Shown: positions 63,701-64,000 of the stretch, one piece after another | How positions within the stretch are numbered: the stretch's first letter is position 1 | Layout: each line of letters opens with the position of its first letter | From: Candidatus Omnitrophota bacterium | GTDB taxonomy: Bacteria; Omnitrophota; Gorgyraeia; Zapsychrales; Zapsychraceae | Direction: 5' to 3' | Assembly (NCBI GenBank): GCA_021108075.1 | Contig: JAIORP010000206.1 | Span: 831-64,830, forward strand | DNA length: 64,000 nt | Translations under genes and position numbers: made by a program | The notes under the pieces: generated by a model | What the model saw: the letters and a program-made list of their open reading frames with translations, nothing else | Database searches by the model: none | Told to the model about the DNA's origin: nothing

Positions 63701-63998
63701 GTTCAATAATCTCAGCGGCTGACATCTTGTCGCCGTCTTCTTGCAGGGTCGTCAAGAACTTGCTTTCGCTGAAGTTCAAAAGATATTTCTTTATACCGGA
63801 CCAGACAATCGCATGCTTAATCGTTGATTCACCCAGGTTATAGTTGACCAGTGTTTCTTCAAGGGCCTCTTTAATATCTGCGGCTTTAATCGAACCTCGT
63901 CTCAAGAGCTCGGCGATGACGACAACATCCGGATGTGTCTCTGTATCTAGTCCGCGAATAAAGGCATCCATGCCTTGCTCCGTCAGGGTTTTAATCGC
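3..63998 (-). CDS. Giant multidomain membrane-associated protein (internal fragment, at least 21,332 aa; open at both window edges)
   Basis: Triplets starting at plus positions divisible by 3 gave sensible, stop-free protein wherever I translated them, from 63998 (AIKTLTEQGMDAFIRGLD) to position 3 (VVRLLKGK). No minus-strand ORF in the supplied track lies in this frame, as expected if the frame has no stop. Recognisable domains are in this frame throughout. Confidence 0.93.
3560..4030 (-). other. Domain: papain/transglutaminase-fold Cys-His-Asp domain
   Basis: LSGCCGGA ... YPHSFLMI ... VYLIDPTIRQFF; the order and spacing fit a catalytic triad. Confidence 0.55.
4380..4900 (-). other. Domain: protein-kinase-like fold
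   Basis: IGRQGGS loop, GIYYRDLSRAHNW catalytic loop, LYLIDHG (DFG-like). Confidence 0.6.
6090..6550 (-). other. Domain: low-molecular-weight protein tyrosine phosphatase / ArsC fold
   Basis: NILCLCNANRNRSPMLE (CX5RS P-loop), VSAGT, ADIILIAT, C-terminal MPDF. Confidence 0.8.
7960..9350 (-). other. Domain: calcineurin-like metallophosphoesterase resembling class 3 fructose-1,6-bisphosphatase
   Basis: LQDLHGG, GLNDKYDRG, AGNHD, GNLNIHALP and IIGHN appear in order, with a long helical insert after GNHD. Confidence 0.7.
10150..11170 (-). other. Domain: GH130-like five-bladed beta-propeller (mannoside phosphorylase/hydrolase)
   Basis: YLNPAV, GEDPRI, SKN and C-terminal GINYATG...VFYSGIDD match the GH130 pattern. 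Confidence 0.65.
11600..12070 (-). other. Domain: CheD/CNF1-YfiH-like cysteine deamidase
   Basis: FTKGCYTCGAVII...FAGISH resembles CheD T.GLGSC.(13-17)GG.H; followed by VALLSG. Confidence 0.5.
12200..12760 (-). other. Domain: class I SAM-dependent methyltransferase (PrmA-like)
   Basis: IVDLGAGDGILSLAAFKLGAGHVDLIE...ARGHMRLNG...ALVNIG. Confidence 0.8.
13840..14190 (-). other. Domain: degenerate histidine-kinase-like ATPase (HATPase_c)
   Basis: LFNPEYQT...RGLRMAIIKNIVEQHQGHISVRS...YCITLP matches the F/G2-box region and C-terminus; N and G1 boxes are not conserved. Confidence 0.6.
15900..17370 (-). other. Domain: GT4 glycosyltransferase (subgroup with the RLxGTDGVxLE N-terminus)
   Basis: ILYISYRLSGTDGVTLEND, WKHD, VLPNVMDF, LRPVRPVARK, YTSSWEGWGNAWLEA. 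Confidence 0.8.
19140..19490 (-). other. Domain: possible HPr-like phosphocarrier fold
   Basis: FKVPATFYMHYRPFFVLIDFAK resembles GLHARPA..lv..A; AGSNILRQM resembles AKSI.g.m. Confidence 0.35.
20640..21120 (-). other. Domain: atypical protein-kinase-like (Bud32/RIO/Kdo-type) domain
   Basis: LYFK, ELEY, AGIAP, LIMKGI, GIIHGDVKVEHLF, IYIIDFS. Confidence 0.75.
21280..23540. repeat. Near-identical 371-bp direct repeat: 21280-21650 and 23170-23540 (offset 1890), encoding the RAGP...HEIGA module
   Basis: Direct comparison found three mismatches. A diverged third copy lies at about 20050-20450. Confidence 0.95.
21880..22530 (-). other. Domain: GNAT-fold acetyltransferase-like
   Basis: YRWAVTQEAEELTAVHNDAW...QLRSAIQHNAKGIVVA start and C-terminal FHEHNGA. 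Confidence 0.5.
23700..24935 (-). other. Two tandem cysteine-hydrolase/isochorismatase-like domains (about 23700-24225 and 24420-24935)
   Basis: GIKTIILTGGVCDDCL and GMNTVIITGGMSYDCL resemble gi.tli.tG..t..CV. The two copies align with each other (YEKKFNKYFWKK vs YENKLNHYYWSK). A third similar motif, LIVTGGHLDWCI, is at about 5800-5845. Confidence 0.5.
25020..26310 (-). other. Domain: SidJ-family pseudokinase / polyglutamylase-like
   Basis: GRTLEF..IYMAKINKENE...LADEFNMMQYI, YYTYLND, ELFHE, YPNMRLTGMADL and C-terminal DLGEFSGSNPAQELIRALY follow the SidJ motif order. Confidence 0.75.
27450..27660 (-). other. Domain: possible GNAT fold
   Basis: IHQTEISADYQARGLNTDLIRMI resembles acetyl-CoA-binding motif A. 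Confidence 0.35.
28020..29320 (-). other. Domain: sugar-1-phosphate nucleotidyltransferase-like with C-terminal left-handed beta-helix
   Basis: GAMLPGSGTRMSPLT...IKP, WGD, FWGEIG, then hexapeptide-like repeats (GSIRNSTIINTTI, GAVIIDSTL, GSVVFRSII). Confidence 0.7.
29600..30260 (-). other. Domain: HIT-superfamily GDP-glucose phosphorylase (GDPGP1/VTC2)-like
   Basis: KYPYALRHFLL and FNSLAAGASIHDLHLHG match FNSLGA.AS.NHLHFH. Confidence 0.75.
31225..33947. repeat. 1202-bp direct repeat: 31225-32426 and 32746-33947 (period 1521 bp, in frame)
   Basis: The copies appear identical by eye, and the ORF track lists identical antisense and out-of-frame ORFs 1521 bp apart. The intervening ~320 bp differs between periods. 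Confidence 0.95.
34580..36100 (-). other. Domain: TreT-like glycosyl-transferring trehalose synthase/phosphorylase (GT4)
   Basis: INSTAQGGGVA, FNITKNSFHNTFQG, HDYQP, WIYRSHIH, QVARMDPSKNIPGVIEAY, GHGAVDDTDG, LQLSLAEGYEIKVSE. Confidence 0.85.
36930..37690 (-). other. Domain: possible TraB/GumN/Tiki (EreA-ChaN superfamily)-like
   Basis: VDHSS, VVGME, WRMQMAQENI and FIVGAYH give the H...E...R...GxxH pattern. Confidence 0.4.
37810..39010 (-). other. Domain: canonical GT4 (GT-B) glycosyltransferase
   Basis: RVLHLIGSFSRGGAEKM, PDVLHVH, IPNGI, LARLHAVKGQ, LIGEGEER, LPSISEGQGLSMLEAM, SHVGGIPE. Confidence 0.9.
39640..41500 (-). other. Domain: GH13_18 sucrose/glucosylglycerate phosphorylase-like
   Basis: LISYPD, LHILP, SVDEGF, LMLDFIVGH, VRPRSHPLLT, WTTFSAQQVDIN, LRVDAIPYLWKELGT, LPEIN. 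Confidence 0.9.
43400..43690 (-). other. Domain: possible GNAT fold
   Basis: KIGFVNY...DIKIFEGYKFSGYGKTVTNWFVQQA. Confidence 0.4.
44560..47230 (-). other. Domain: long RelA/SpoT homologue (HD-SYNTH-TGS...ACT), degenerate
   Basis: FGPEV, ENYIKFF, AEWLG, RARVKSSYSLYNK, RDKLG, YEGYH, FVEI, HWLY, and an ACT-like SRPDLLSLVFNIMAQSGATV. Confidence 0.7.
48030..48560 (-). other. Domain: zincin-like metallopeptidase (HELGH)
   Basis: RTIAMP...HMSHELGHHVAHILG carries a canonical HExxH. Confidence 0.55.
48880..49570 (-). other. Domain: second TraB/Tiki-like region
   Basis: VRSAKWLTSVL...VIIFFGADHHGIRSLLQESGYQV resembles the TraB/GumN C-terminus. Confidence 0.35.
50150..50860 (-). other. Domain: HD phosphohydrolase (dGTPase/SAMHD1-like)
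   Basis: FNRLSDI, GHDIRTAMVAKII, ALTHDLSAVPFRH, and AESVEGAVEDIIFGLKYGII. Confidence 0.65.
50990..51950 (-). other. Domain: APH/homoserine kinase type II-like phosphotransferase
   Basis: IRTDKGIFGIK, FLKENGVPAP, QWVEG, LGRFLGELN, HIARDMNFGNLKF, AFDWD, RFEDV. Confidence 0.75.
52130..52460 (-). other. Domain: possible 2H phosphoesterase
   Basis: Two HxT motifs about 80 aa apart: RVHTTGG and KHITVAY. Confidence 0.35.
53050..53640 (-). other. Domain: DUF218/YdcF (ElyC/SanA family)
   Basis: DDIVILGN, IVITGGYG, SEAEII, IVLEESSSNTQAN, IQTPLQQFRSKATF. Confidence 0.8.
54000..58150 (-). other. Long charged alpha-helical / coiled-coil region (about 1400 aa)
   Basis: Rich in E/K/R/Q/A/L with few Pro or Gly; contains a D/N-rich linker at about 56900-56970. 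Confidence 0.6.
58195..58350. repeat. Interleaved short direct repeats (31 bp at 58195 and 58300; 26 bp at 58256 and 58325)
   Basis: ccttcgtgatccatgactttaacgaggccgc occurs twice and ggccgcgggtgatattgacctcgctg occurs twice; they encode GLVKVMDHEG and SEVNITRG repeats. Confidence 0.9.
58420..62500 (-). other. Domain: polytopic processive glycosyltransferase, FKS/callose synthase (GT48)-like
   Basis: TM bundle (61570-62500), then a large soluble region (TEWANAM, EQRPT, NSKV, NNKNGG, NYDAH, ESWTSEVQR, FYGKG, GEDS, HIDWYGFEWGRP), then a second TM bundle (58420-59600). Confidence 0.6.
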
Positions 63999-64000
63999 TT

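Noticed and set aside
1-64000. Alternative genetic code or non-coding/pseudogene region as the reason for no long ORFs in the track
   Set aside because: The frame reads openly in the standard code. Its absence from the track is explained by the lack of a stop codon inside the window.
1-64000. NRPS/PKS or repetitive adhesin giant gene; rRNA/tRNA genes; promoters and terminators
   Set aside because: No A/C/KS/carrier motifs or long beta-repeat arrays were seen, and there is no intergenic space or RNA-gene signature.

Overview
The whole window appears to be the interior of one giant minus-strand reading frame (codons on plus-strand positions 3..63998, 21,332 codons). Neither its start nor its stop lies in the window, which explains why the ORF track misses it and lists only short out-of-frame or antisense ORFs. 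Manual translation shows a beads-on-a-string protein of about 30 recognisable enzyme-like domains. From N to C terminus (high to low coordinate) these are: an FKS/GT48-like polytopic glucan synthase, a long coiled-coil, DUF218, 2H-like, an APH kinase, an HD hydrolase, a degenerate RelA/SpoT, a GH13_18 phosphorylase, three GT4 glycosyltransferases (one TreT-like), a duplicated JAB-like unit, a GDPGP1-like HIT domain, a sugar nucleotidyltransferase, a SidJ-like pseudokinase, cysteine-hydrolase-like and GNAT domains, kinases, HPr-like, HATPase-like, a methyltransferase, a CheD/CNF1-like deamidase, GH130, a class 3 FBPase-like metallophosphatase, LMW-PTP, a papain-like domain and a GT35 phosphorylase. 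Two recurring punctuation elements separate the domains: a ~130-aa (R/x)(G/A)PP...HE(xxH) zincin-like module (about 14 copies) and internal signal-peptide plus TM hairpins. This architecture resembles the giant proteins described from Omnitrophota; that taxonomic link is an inference. Domain calls come from motifs I recognised by eye, boundaries are approximate, and no searches were run.
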